64,000 bases of DNA from Nitrosopumilus sp. (GTDB lineage Archaea > Thermoproteota > Nitrososphaeria > Nitrososphaerales > Nitrosopumilaceae). A model generated the notes under the pieces. The model ran no database searches. It had not been told where the DNA came from and saw only the letters and a program-made list of their open reading frames with translations. Made by a program: the position numbers and the translations under genes. Shown piece by piece: positions 1-9,980 of this stretch. The stretch covers positions 608,001-672,000 of the forward strand of contig OY759726.1 of NCBI GenBank assembly GCA_963662625.1. The letters run 5' to 3'. How positions within the stretch are numbered: position 1 is the stretch's first letter; each line of letters opens with the position of its first letter.

Positions 1-223
1 CCTTCTTCAGCTCGAACAGCACCTTGATTGCCAGGAACTCCAGGGCGGAATACGCCACCACGTAGTCGCCCAGCTTCTGGAAGAACTCCTTGTCGCTTAG
101 CTGCCCCTTCTTGTACATGTTGTTGGTGTCAAGGAACGACTCGTAGTATCCCTGCGACTCGGAGAACAGGCTGTCCAGCTTGTCAAACAGCATGTTGAGC
201 GTGTCCACCTCCCCGAATGACAT
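1..223 (-). CDS. Conserved thaumarchaeal hypothetical protein, N-terminal part (runs off the window edge)
   Basis: Hand translation from ATG at 223 gives MSFGEVDTLNMLFDKLDSLFSESQGYYESFLDTNNMYKKGQLSDKEFFQKLGDYVVAYSALEFLAIKVLFELKK, open to position 1 with host-like codon usage and an AT-rich promoter upstream. Not in the ORF track. Confidence 0.8.
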   Translation of the reverse strand, partial: MSFGEVDTLNMLFDKLDSLFSESQGYYESFLDTNNMYKKGQLSDKEFFQKLGDYVVAYSALEFLAIKVLFELKK

Positions 224-287
224 ACACGGGGTTGAATACAGGAATATTAATTACTTTAGGATCAAAAAGAGAAAAATGTGTCGCGGC

Positions 288-614
288 CTACGCGAGCGCC
301 CTGTCGATCATGCTCTTGTACGACTCTTTTGACGCGGCGCCCACCTGCTGGCTTACCACCTTCCCCTTGTCGAGGACGACCAGGGTCGGGATGCTGAATA
401 CGTTGTATTTGGACGCCAGGTCGCTGGCCTCGTCCACGTTGACCTTGACGAACTTGACCTTGCCCTCGTAGTCGTTTGCCAGCTCCTCGACTATCGGGCT
501 CACCATCCTGCACGGACCGCACCATTCCGCCCAAAAGTCGACCAGCACCGGGATCTCGGAATCGACCACGTCGATCGCCCAGGACCTTGCGTCGGAAACT
601 TGCTTTATTTCCAT
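288..614 (-). CDS. trxA: Thioredoxin
   Basis: DFWAEWCGPC active site, SIPT cis-Pro motif, 108 aa. Confidence 0.97.
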   Translation of the reverse strand: MEIKQVSDARSWAIDVVDSEIPVLVDFWAEWCGPCRMVSPIVEELANDYEGKVKFVKVNVDEASDLASKYNVFSIPTLVVLDKGKVVSQQVGAASKESYKSMIDRALA

Positions 615-1878
615 GAAGTCATTGGGCGCAAAACGTACCTAAAAACGTTCACCGGAATTTACACCATTTTTTGTCGGAAAGCCGTGCCGGGGGGCCGTGC
701 GCGGGCAGGGGCGGGCGCCCGGCGCAGCCCGGATAGCCCCAGGCAGGGCAGGCAGGCACCCGGAGGACAGGGAGCGGGCGCCGGGAGCGGCATCCGGGCC
801 CGCCAAGGCAGGCCAGGGGACGCAGGTACGGCGCGGCACGCAGGGGGCAGCCGTGCCGCGGGCGCGGCCGTCCCTGGCACGGCACCTTGGAGGATCCCAC
901 CTGTGGGGACTGCCCGGGGTGCCCGAAGGGCCGCCGGGAAGGCCTGGGGCGATCAGGACCGGCGCAGGCCGGGGCCCTAGGGGTTGGCAGGCCTTGGATC
1001 CCCTGGAGATCGTGGCGCCAGGGGCAGGGCATCATGCTTGATTCCGCACTCGGGGATACAGAACAGGCCCTACGGATCCTGGGGAAATGGCAGTAGTATT
1101 ACCAAGCACCACACCCACCCAGTGGACGACTGTGGCAGGCAACACACATCCCTTCTAGAAGATCAAAAGGCGTTCCTGTGCGTGCAGGAATGGCGCCAAA
1201 GGGGGCATCCTGTGGCAAGCAGTCAGGGAATGGGAACGGTGTCAAGAGCATGAAACAGTAATTCCCATGCATTTTTCACAATACGGCCAGGAGAATTCAA
1301 GGTATTCCTCCTTTTCAGTGCTTCCGGCGCCTCCCCAACTGTGTTTTGCACGTTCCGGGTAGCCATCAGCCCCACAACAGGCTCCCGTCTCCCAGTCTTT
1401 TCATGCAATGGAACGTGAAATGTCGTGGTGGCCCTGCCCGGATGGACGGCAGTCTGATCCGGGTAGAATCGTTGCACTATAATACCGTCCACATCCACCA
1501 TCCAGCCAAACAGTGACGCTACAAGATTGCCAGGCCACCAGTGGCCTGCCTATGCCGGTACAGGGTTTAGTCAGACCCTTGGCGACTCATTTTGGGTGGA
1601 CGTGTTTTTTTGCACATGAGGACAGGCAGTGGCTCTCCTAGAAGGCACGTACCAGCGGATGTTTTGTTGGCCGATTTTAATGCGCCCGGCTACACAGGTA
1701 CGGCTTGACAGGGCCGCCGGCGCGAGATGCCCCAAAGTGCGGAGCCTTCCCCGATGCCTCCGCCCATGTACGGCCCATGCCTGATCACATGAAATAGGTA
1801 AATTGGTATCATGAAATCACAAATATATATATATAATTGTGTTTTAATCGTACCAAATTGAATAACACATTAATTGCA

Positions 1879-3945
1879 ATGATCAAGCAGGTCATAAGGG
1901 GGAATAACGAAAGGAAGGCCCTGAAAGAGTCCCTGCCAATCAAGGATTGGCAGTTCAACGAAAACCTCAGGGAGCTTGAAAGGACAGGATACCTGGCCTC
2001 AGATGGCATCGTCGTGAACTTACCGGGAACCGGCAAGGGGATATTGCTGAGGGCAATATCACAAAAATTTGACATTGCAAAAATCCTCAGGGGATCGAAT
2101 GAAAGGGTACTCTGTCACCTAACCAAACCGCAGACGGTCTTTTCACTCAAGCGATCCACGGGGTTGTCAAGGACCGTGATCTACAGGGCCATATCGGATC
2201 TCCAATCGATCGGCGCGATCAAGAGAGACGGCGACGGCATCCGAATCGACGGATCGCATGAAAAACTAATGCTCTTTGCTGAGATCTTAAAAGCAGAGGC
2301 GGAGAACGGGGGCGGGCCTAACGTAGAGACCATATTCAGGAACGGAGCAAGAACGCTGAAAAAAATCCCAAAAGGGAGCACTGCCGACGGAGAGATGACG
2401 GGGTTTTCGCTGTATTCCGACTACGGGGTAGAATACCACACCACTCATGACTATTACGTCAGGCAGGACAGGAATTTGCAGCTTGAAGACGTGCTGATTC
2501 ATTCGGTATGTTCGGCGTACCGGGAGATGGATAAATCGCAGATTGCAATGTGCATGGTATTCTACCTGAAGAACAGGGAAAAGATGGACACGCTGGAATT
2601 GAGGAGAATCGCGGCAGAGTTCAAGGTGGCAAGCGTGTGGATAGACGTGGAGGGGTATCTGAGGAACAACGAACCGAAGAACTGCCGCTTGTTCCTGCCC
2701 AAGGACGAGTTTGCAGAAAAGGCAAGCCTTTACGACATTGCCCCAGACGCATACACGCTTCCGGAGGGGTATCCAAAACTGTTTGAGGACATAGGAGTGG
2801 AACTGACACGAGAAGTTACCGCATACCTGATTGGTGGGGAAAACATGCGGATAAAGGGACTGAAACCGAGAACCAAGGACTGCGACGTGGTGGTGGAAAG
2901 CAACAGTGATTACGACACGCTTGTGGAAACTCTTACTGCGATGGGGTACAGCCAGAAAGGCCCGTTGGAGTTCGCAAAAGAGGATTTGAGGATATGGCCA
3001 TCTACGATTCTCACGCACCCCAAAAGAAGCAGGATCGACCTTTACACAAAGAGGATCCTCAGGACACTGTCCCTGTCGGAAAATATGATCGGGAGGGCGC
3101 ACTATGAGGACTTTCAGAACATGAGAGTGGGAATACTGCGAAACGAGGATGTCTTTCTCTTAAAGTCAGTCACCAGCAGGGAAGGCGACATCCACGACAT
3201 GGCAGCCCTTGCACGAAATGACACGCAGGCAGACGGAACATACCGGCAAAAAATCTTTGACTGGAACATCGTCTGGGACGAAATAATCCACCAGGGGCAG
3301 GAGAACCGCACACAGGACTTTACAGGGATAATCAAAGACAACATAGAGTTACTAATTGAACAGACCGGGATAACTCCCCCGTTTCACGGAAAGCTGCTCA
3401 GGCACGTGGCAGACCACGAGATAACGCGGCTACTAAGGGAGAGGCCGCTGCCCCTCATCGAGGTTGTGGGCCATCTGGAAGACAGCATGACGTCGGGGCA
3501 TTTCATCAGAAGCCGGGTGGACCACCTGGTAAAGTCTGGAATGGCGAAAAAGACGACGGACGGGAACTTGGTGCTCGTACACCTGACAGGCAATATTAGA
3601 TTTCCCGGCTATGACCTGGAGATCGATGCCAAAAATATGGAGGAGTACCTCAAGTGGAGGTTTCCAATGCGGCAGGGAACCACCCCACGCAAGTATAAAG
3701 AACTTGCAGAGGGGCTCACCCGCATAGGACTTGACAGAGTTGGTCAGGTGGACGAGATGTGCGTGCGGGCATCACGCGCCCTGCAGGCGTGTGAAGAGAC
3801 GTACTTCAGAAATGACAAATTGCGAGATGTCGGGGCACTTCGGATCTGCGTCGGGCTATCAACCAGCGGCCCCGGCACTGATTGCAGTTCCTCTGAATTT
3901 TATGTAATAAACCATAAAAAATTCAGGGGGCTAGCTAGGAGTTAA
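1879..3945 (+). CDS. HTH-domain / DUF6036-like nucleotidyltransferase fusion protein
   Basis: N-terminal HTH (TVFSLKRSTGLSRTVIYRAISDL). Pol-beta-type NTase motif YLIGGENM...RTKDCDVVV, followed by RIDLY and LLKSVTSREGDIHD. Extra C-terminal wHTH-like region. ATG at 1879 preferred over the TTG at 1837. Confidence 0.75.
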   Translation: MIKQVIRGNNERKALKESLPIKDWQFNENLRELERTGYLASDGIVVNLPGTGKGILLRAISQKFDIAKILRGSNERVLCHLTKPQTVFSLKRSTGLSRTVIYRAISDLQSIGAIKRDGDGIRIDGSHEKLMLFAEILKAEAENGGGPNVETIFRNGARTLKKIPKGSTADGEMTGFSLYSDYGVEYHTTHDYYVRQDRNLQLEDVLIHSVCSAYREMDKSQIAMCMVFYLKNREKMDTLELRRIAAEFKVASVWIDVEGYLRNNEPKNCRLFLPKDEFAEKASLYDIAPDAYTLPEGYPKLFEDIGVELTREVTAYLIGGENMRIKGLKPRTKDCDVVVESNSDYDTLVETLTAMGYSQKGPLEFAKEDLRIWPSTILTHPKRSRIDLYTKRILRTLSLSENMIGRAHYEDFQNMRVGILRNEDVFLLKSVTSREGDIHDMAALARNDTQADGTYRQKIFDWNIVWDEIIHQGQENRTQDFTGIIKDNIELLIEQTGITPPFHGKLLRHVADHEITRLLRERPLPLIEVVGHLEDSMTSGHFIRSRVDHLVKSGMAKKTTDGNLVLVHLTGNIRFPGYDLEIDAKNMEEYLKWRFPMRQGTTPRKYKELAEGLTRIGLDRVGQVDEMCVRASRALQACEETYFRNDKLRDVGALRICVGLSTSGPGTDCSSSEFYVINHKKFRGLARS

Positions 3946-3979
3946 ATTCGGCCAAGCACGAGAGAAGGAAGGTGAAAGG

Positions 3980-4840
3980 TTGAGCCTGAGGGAAAGACTA
4001 AATGCTGCAAAAGATCTGCAAAAGGAAAACTACATAGCTGTGCTTGGGCCGTCAGGTACAGGCAAGACAGTCTTCATAACGTTGCTCAACCACGCACTTG
4101 ATAATTACTTTTTAGAGAGGCACCAAGATCTAACCTCATATCCAAAAGACGGAAGGCCGTTTCTAGAAGCATGTGAAAACAGCATGATAAGAGGGGAATT
4201 TCCAGAAAGAACCCAACAGTTGTCACGCGACATGATTGTCATAGAATTGAGCGGTAGCGGGAGCACCGGCACGTCAATCGAGCTGAGATTTCCAGACATA
4301 TCAGGCGAGGACTATAACCACATGTGTTTGGGCAGCGATGTGAGAGGCGAGGAACGGGTATCCAAGGTACTGGACATGGGAAGAGCCAAGAGGGATCACT
4401 TCGGTCCTATGACATATGCGATGTATGCCAAGGCATATGTGATTTTAATTGATTGCTCAAAGTTCGACGATTGGGAGACTATGGGGACACGGTATGCCCG
4501 GGCCATCACCACAATACATGATTTCAAAAAAGTCACCAATACTTCCACAAACGACAAAATCGACTCCCTCATTGCAGTCATCTTGACAAAAGCAGACAAC
4601 CTCCCAAACAGAGGCGAGTTGACGCCGGATGATCTGGTCAAAAAACACCTAAAGCGTTTTTACAACACTCTGAATGCGGTTCATGGCGGAAAACGTGGGT
4701 TTTTTATGGTGCATGTGGAGGTTCGGCGAAACGCAGAAAACGTGGTAGAAGACCCAAAAGATCTGAAGGTTGCAGTACCATTGACGTATGATCATGAAGA
4801 ATATATTCGGTTTGTAGAATGGCTGCATCAAAATATTTAG
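3980..4840 (+). CDS. TRAFAC-class GTPase (double-GTPase type of ternary conflict systems)
   Basis: G1 GPSGTGKT, G2 FPERT, G3 DISGE, G4 LTKAD. Confidence 0.85.
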   Translation: MSLRERLNAAKDLQKENYIAVLGPSGTGKTVFITLLNHALDNYFLERHQDLTSYPKDGRPFLEACENSMIRGEFPERTQQLSRDMIVIELSGSGSTGTSIELRFPDISGEDYNHMCLGSDVRGEERVSKVLDMGRAKRDHFGPMTYAMYAKAYVILIDCSKFDDWETMGTRYARAITTIHDFKKVTNTSTNDKIDSLIAVILTKADNLPNRGELTPDDLVKKHLKRFYNTLNAVHGGKRGFFMVHVEVRRNAENVVEDPKDLKVAVPLTYDHEEYIRFVEWLHQNI

Positions 4841-4841
4841 G

Positions 4842-6140
4842 ATGTCTATGCAAGCAACGTGTGATCAGTTCGTCTATACTGCCGCCAAGATAGGAAGCAG
4901 GGAAGGCTACCAGGTAATAGCAAAAAGTTCCGGAATAACTGATCAGATCGTTACCAGCATGATGTCTTACCTGTACCCGCTGGGTGTCAAAGTAAGCGAG
5001 TTTAGTGAATCGCGGTCACTGATCACACTTGCAAACAAAAAATTGGTAGCGTACAGCATAATCAAAAACATCGGCATCGGATATGATGGCAGGAGGGGAA
5101 CTCTGTACAATCACACTTTTGTGATGGATGCCGACCAATTTCGGGGGATTGGCTGCGACTCGAGGCTGTTTGACCGGCATTACAAAGAAGATGGCGAGTT
5201 GAGAGGGACGCTTCCAAAAATACAGATAGAGTCAGGGTATGTTGAACCCGATTTTGGCAAACTTGACAGCGTCGGTAAGGAAATTCTGGAAGAAATCCTA
5301 TACAGAATAATAAAAAAGACAAAGCTGGCCATAGTCAGAGATCACTACGGGGATGTGGAATTTATCCAAAACCTGCTTGCCGTGCTGCCCCCCCACCAAC
5401 GCCTTGTCCCGTTTTCCACGCTGGTGGTGGAACCAGATCGCCAATACGGCTACAAGCTGATCCAGATTCAAAGGGAATCCACGGGCAAGCTTGGAAAAAA
5501 GTTTGCCGTGGTAGGCGAAAACTTGGAAATAAAAAACAGGCCCGCTTCACGTAACACTTTAGAATTTAAGGGTGCGAATATACTGTCCGAGATAATCAGA
5601 ACCAGAAACACGGAAAAATTGCTAAGAATTTTTGGCGATATTCAAAATATTTCAGATGAGCTGGCCGCAGTTAGGCAAATAAGAGTCAAAGACATATTCT
5701 CCGAAAGTGAGTTCAAAAAATCACTAAAATCCAAAGAATACGAATCAATAAAAAACAAAACCACCAAGCTCTACTCTTCGGATAGGTTTAACGATGCGCC
5801 GCCAAGGGTTATTTTATCAATTACCAAGAAGATTCGCACGATTGCGGTCACGGGATTGAAGGGGGAGAAATCCACCACCGGCGAACTGCTAGAAATTGTA
5901 AGAGTGCTTCTTGATCGTGTAAACTATATGGAAAACTATTCAAATAAAAAAATGCGCGGTTCGTTAAAAGAAAAATTCGCCAATGAAAGGTTGGATTTGG
6001 AAGAAATTTTGCGCGAATACGCTCCGGTGCAAGAAAGTTCCCCATATGCCTTTGATATTGTTGGGTATGGATGCAGGCTTGTAAAACGTTGGAAAGAGAG
6101 CGTGGAAGCATTCACGTTGCTGTTCGGGGGCAAAAACTGA
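4842..6140 (+). CDS. GTPase-associated protein with GAP1-N2-like N-terminal domain
   Basis: N-terminus QFVYTA...GYQVIAKSSGI...GYDGRRGTLYNHTFV matches the GAP1-N2 pattern; starts 1 bp after the GTPase stop; helical C-terminus. Confidence 0.7.
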   Translation: MSMQATCDQFVYTAAKIGSREGYQVIAKSSGITDQIVTSMMSYLYPLGVKVSEFSESRSLITLANKKLVAYSIIKNIGIGYDGRRGTLYNHTFVMDADQFRGIGCDSRLFDRHYKEDGELRGTLPKIQIESGYVEPDFGKLDSVGKEILEEILYRIIKKTKLAIVRDHYGDVEFIQNLLAVLPPHQRLVPFSTLVVEPDRQYGYKLIQIQRESTGKLGKKFAVVGENLEIKNRPASRNTLEFKGANILSEIIRTRNTEKLLRIFGDIQNISDELAAVRQIRVKDIFSESEFKKSLKSKEYESIKNKTTKLYSSDRFNDAPPRVILSITKKIRTIAVTGLKGEKSTTGELLEIVRVLLDRVNYMENYSNKKMRGSLKEKFANERLDLEEILREYAPVQESSPYAFDIVGYGCRLVKRWKESVEAFTLLFGGKN

Positions 6141-6307
6141 TCGCATGTTTGGGGGTACGCATGGGCACCCTAGTTTGAGAAGGACACGTTCCAGAATGCC
6201 CTAGACTGGCAACCGATCCGGATGTGGTAATTCCTATCGTGAGAATCCTCCAAATCCCGGCCATCTGCAGGCACTATACTTAAATGATGTTTTCGTGGAT
6301 CACGGGT

Positions 6308-7114
6308 ATGAGCGCCGAGATGAGGACCAAGAAGCTGAGGGGTTCCGGAGGCTACGTCATGGCAAGCATCAGCGACGAGCAGCAGATGAAGGGGAACCTG
6401 GGGGGGCCCGACCTGTTCCTGGCCCCGATGGGGAGGCTGGACGAGGAGAGGATCTCCAAGCATTTCTGCAACACCTGCGAAAAAGAGTTCGAGGGCGCGC
6501 CGAAGATACGTTACGAGAGCCCCAACGAGGAGGTCGCCGACAACCTGATCCTGGCAGAGAAGGGCCAGTACCTGTGCGGCTCCTGCGACGGGACGCTGGC
6601 AGAGTACAGGGAGTTCAAAAAGATGGACGAGGCAGGCGAGATAGGGCACGCAAAGCCGCTCGAGCCTGCTGCCGCGCCGGAGGCGCCTGCCGCGGAACCG
6701 GCAGTGCAGGAGCAGGCGGCGGCGGGGCCCGGAGGCGGCGGGGCCGCGCCGGAACCGGCGGCAGAACAGGCGGAGGAGGCCTCCGGGCGGCGGCCAGCCG
6801 AGGCCGCGGAGGCGGCGGCGGGATCGGTGAGCCCGATCGGCGGGAGGATCGTCTTTGACGAGGACGCCAACCAGATCGGAAAGTCAAAGCACGTGGGACT
6901 GGACCCTAGCCAGTCGCTGGTGCTGGTGGTTACCAGGAACGACGGGACAGAAGAGGCGGTCTCGTGGGACAGGATCAAGAAGATAGGCGAGGTCATCCTG
7001 CTGGGGGATCCGGCCCAGGCATCCCCGGAAAAGCCGCCCGGCGAGTGCCAGGGCTGCGGGTTTGCGAACAATGAGGGCTCGAAATTCTGCGAAGAATGCG
7101 GCGCCAGGCTATAA
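6308..7114 (+). CDS. Zinc-ribbon / PRC-barrel-like conserved thaumarchaeal protein
   Basis: CNTC...CGSC and C-terminal CQGC...FCEECG zinc ribbons; Ala/Glu/Pro linker; WDRIKKIGEVILL PRC-like end. Confidence 0.8.
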   Translation: MSAEMRTKKLRGSGGYVMASISDEQQMKGNLGGPDLFLAPMGRLDEERISKHFCNTCEKEFEGAPKIRYESPNEEVADNLILAEKGQYLCGSCDGTLAEYREFKKMDEAGEIGHAKPLEPAAAPEAPAAEPAVQEQAAAGPGGGGAAPEPAAEQAEEASGRRPAEAAEAAAGSVSPIGGRIVFDEDANQIGKSKHVGLDPSQSLVLVVTRNDGTEEAVSWDRIKKIGEVILLGDPAQASPEKPPGECQGCGFANNEGSKFCEECGARL

Positions 7115-7155
7115 TCCAGTAAGTTTAATCAATGGCGTTGCGGGCTGGGTTGTAG

Positions 7156-8379
7156 TTGGCTAAGAGATCTACCTACAGGGGAATCATGAGGGACGTCGCC
7201 ATCATAGCGGTCGGCGTCATCGCGATATGGCTCTCGCTCCAGGCCGTGTTCGGGACGCAGAACCCGTTTTACGTAGTCGCCAGCAACAGCATGGTCCCGG
7301 AACTGTCGGTGTACGACGTGCTGGTCGTCCAGGGGCACGCTCCGTTTGCGGAGGTGCAGGTGGGGGACGTCATCGTGTTTGACCGCCCCCTGGACCACAA
7401 CAGGGTGATAGTGCACAGGGTCGTGTCCGTAATGGACGACGATCCAAGGACGCTGAGGACCAAGGGGGACGCCAACTCGGCGTCGATCCCGGGCACGGAC
7501 TATCCCATCACGGAAAAAGAATACATCGGGACTGTCACGTACGTCATACCGCAGGTAGGCTACGTCACCCAGGTCCTAAAGCCGCCGGTCAACTACATCA
7601 TAATCGCCATAGTCATAGGGATAATGATAGCAAAGCAGGTGGTAAAGGGCAAGAAGGAGCAGGAGCCCGCGGACGCCTTGGGCAAGGACGCGGGCAAGGC
7701 GGGAGCAATAGACTCGCTCGAGGGGCTGTCGGGAATCGACAGGACTGAGAGGTATTCGGAGTACTCCAGGCACGCGGAGAGGCGGGATGGTGCGGAGCCA
7801 GGAAAGGCCGAGGAGCCAGGAAAGGCCGAGGAGCCAGGAAAGGCCGAGGAGCCAGGAAAGGCCGAGGAGCCAGGAAAGGCCGAGGAGCCAGGAAAGGCCG
7901 AGGAGCCAGGAAAGGCCGAGGAGCCAGGAAAGGCCGAGGAGCCAGGAAAGGCCGAGGAGCCAGGAAAGGCCGAGGAGCCAGGAAAGGCCGAGGAGCCAGG
8001 AAAGGCCGAGGAGCCAGGAAAGGCCGAGGAGCCAGGAAAGGCCGAGGAGCCAGGAAAGGCCGAGGAGCCAGGAAAGGCCGAGGAGCCAGGAAAGGCCGAG
8101 GAGCCAGGAAAGGCCGAGGAGCCAGGAAAGGCCGAGGAGCCAGGAAAGGCCGAGGAGCCAGGAAAGGCCGAGGAGCCAGGAAAGGCCGAGGAGCCAGGAA
8201 AGGCCGAGGAGCCAGGAAAGGCCGAGGAGTCAGGAAAGGCCGAGGAGTCAGGAAAGGCCGAGGAGTCAGGAAAGGCCGAGGAGTCAGGAAAGGCCGAGGA
8301 GTCAGGAAAGGCCGAGGAGTCAGGAAAGGCCGAGGAGTCAGGAAAGGCCGAGGACGATGCCAAGGACCGGCAAGCCTAG
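7156..8379 (+). CDS. sec11: Signal peptidase I (Sec11 type) with repetitive C-terminal tail
   Basis: VVASNSMVP catalytic Ser box, IVHRV, TKGDAN, two TM segments. Confidence 0.92.
   Translation: MAKRSTYRGIMRDVAIIAVGVIAIWLSLQAVFGTQNPFYVVASNSMVPELSVYDVLVVQGHAPFAEVQVGDVIVFDRPLDHNRVIVHRVVSVMDDDPRTLRTKGDANSASIPGTDYPITEKEYIGTVTYVIPQVGYVTQVLKPPVNYIIIAIVIGIMIAKQVVKGKKEQEPADALGKDAGKAGAIDSLEGLSGIDRTERYSEYSRHAERRDGAEPGKAEEPGKAEEPGKAEEPGKAEEPGKAEEPGKAEEPGKAEEPGKAEEPGKAEEPGKAEEPGKAEEPGKAEEPGKAEEPGKAEEPGKAEEPGKAEEPGKAEEPGKAEEPGKAEEPGKAEEPGKAEEPGKAEEPGKAEEPGKAEESGKAEESGKAEESGKAEESGKAEESGKAEESGKAEESGKAEDDAKDRQA
7795..8352 (+). repeat. 18-bp tandem repeat, 31 units, in frame within sec11
   Basis: 24 x GAGCCAGGAAAGGCCGAG (7795-8226), then 7 x GAGTCAGGAAAGGCCGAG (8227-8352); encodes (EPGKAE)24(ESGKAE)7. 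Confidence 0.97.
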
Positions 8380-9902
8380 AGCACGGATTCCTTGGTCTTG
8401 AACACGCGCTTAAAGTACTCGGACGACTCTGCCGGCTCCTCGACGTCGCTCGTGATGCCGGCCAGGTTCTTTGCGAGGTTCTTCTTGTACCCTATCTGCA
8501 TCTGCCTCTGGATCTGGATCCTCTGCGCCTGCGGGGAGCCCGCGCCGTGCATGGACTCCGTGAGGTAGCCCACGGCGTTCCGCCCGAGCGTCATGTTCTC
8601 GATCAGCCGCAGGATCCTCATGCGGTTCTCGACGTCCGTCCCCTTGCGTCCGGCCAGGTACTTCTTGAGCAGCGGCCCCGCCTCCGGGTGCCTAAAGTCC
8701 TTCTCGGACGGCAGCGTCACCACCAGGCCGCCGGCCACGTCCTGCGCGAGCCTGCTTATCTCGTACGGGAAGCGCGTCACGTTGTGCTTGCACACCTGTG
8801 CGAGCATGTCGTCGTTGAGGTAGACGCCGGACTTTAGCTTGTGGCCCTGGTACGACGACGCGATCCCGGCGGCGAATATGGTCTCGTTGAGGTGGGTCAT
8901 CTCGGTTATCTTGTCCTTGATGTGGGACACCCTGGGCACGCCGTTATAGTCCGCGATGGTGGCGGCCGCGCCGATCAGGACGTCGCCGAGCCCCGTCTTG
9001 CAGACGTAGCTGCGCCTGTGGTAGCACGTAAAGCGCTCCACCAGCATGGACGCGAACTCGTGCTCGCCGTGCATGAAGACCCTGTCCCAAGGGATGAAGA
9101 CCCTGTCCAGGATTATCAGCGCCTCCTGCCCGCCGAACTTCGCGTTGCCGGCGTCGATGTCGCCCTCCTCCATGCTCCGGGTGTCGCAGGACTGCCTCCC
9201 GTAGATGTAGGTGACCCCCTTCGCGTCGGCGGGGATGGCGCCCACGAGCGCCCAGTCCTTGTCGTTCCCCGTGAGCCGTATGGTGGGCATCAGTATTATC
9301 CAGTGGGAGTTGATGCACCCGGTCTGGTGTGCCTTGGCGCCGGACACGTAGATGCCCCTCTCGTCCCGGTCCACCACCCGCGTGAACAGGTCGGGATCGT
9401 CCTGCTCGGACGGCCCCTTGCTCCTGTCCCCCTTCGGGTCGGTCATGGCGCCGCCGATCACCAGGTTCTCCCGCTGGACCATCTTCACGAACTCGAGGAA
9501 CCTCCGGTGGTAGTCGGTCCCGTGCTTTTCGTCGATCTCGAACGTGGTGGAGTGCAGCGCGTTGAGCGCGTCCATCCCGACGCACCTCTGGAAGCACGTG
9601 CCGGTGTTCTGGCCCAGCTTCCTCTGCATCTTGTTCTGCATGACCAGGTCCTGCGCGCTCTCCGCTATGTGCAGGAACCTGTTGACCTGGAGCCCCGTGA
9701 TCGAGGACTCCGCGGAGGCCAGTTCGGCCTCCCTGACTGCCAGGTCGTACGTCTCGGCCACGGCGTTGATCGAGGGGCGTATCATCGGGTGGTCCACCGG
9801 CTCCTTGACCAGCTGCCCGAAGAGGTACACCTTGAGGTCACGGCCGCGCAGGCTCTCTATATAGTCCTCGCCCGTGCGTATGGTCTTGAGGACGTTCGCC
9901 AT
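8376..9902 (-). CDS. abfD: 4-hydroxybutyryl-CoA dehydratase (3HP/4HB carbon fixation cycle)
   Basis: CFQRCVGMD and HRRSYVC Fe-S ligands, [23 protein letters not shown]. Confidence 0.96.
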   Translation of the reverse strand: MANVLKTIRTGEDYIESLRGRDLKVYLFGQLVKEPVDHPMIRPSINAVAETYDLAVREAELASAESSITGLQVNRFLHIAESAQDLVMQNKMQRKLGQNTGTCFQRCVGMDALNALHSTTFEIDEKHGTDYHRRFLEFVKMVQRENLVIGGAMTDPKGDRSKGPSEQDDPDLFTRVVDRDERGIYVSGAKAHQTGCINSHWIILMPTIRLTGNDKDWALVGAIPADAKGVTYIYGRQSCDTRSMEEGDIDAGNAKFGGQEALIILDRVFIPWDRVFMHGEHEFASMLVERFTCYHRRSYVCKTGLGDVLIGAAATIADYNGVPRVSHIKDKITEMTHLNETIFAAGIASSYQGHKLKSGVYLNDDMLAQVCKHNVTRFPYEISRLAQDVAGGLVVTLPSEKDFRHPEAGPLLKKYLAGRKGTDVENRMRILRLIENMTLGRNAVGYLTESMHGAGSPQAQRIQIQRQMQIGYKKNLAKNLAGITSDVEEPAESSEYFKRVFKTKESVL

Positions 9903-9980
9903 ACGGTTTGTTTGCCCGAGGTTGTATAAATATTCTATAACTGTGGGGCGTGGCCGCCGTTCCGGGCACGCCGGCGCGGA

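Noticed and set aside
680-1800. GC-rich and mixed DNA between trxA and the NTase island
   Set aside because: Probably decayed transposase or gene fragments, but I found no convincing motif or termini.
7795-8352. Tandem array as a CRISPR, or overlapping ORFs on other frames
   Set aside because: No spacers; the alternative frames are open only because the 18-mer has no stop codons.
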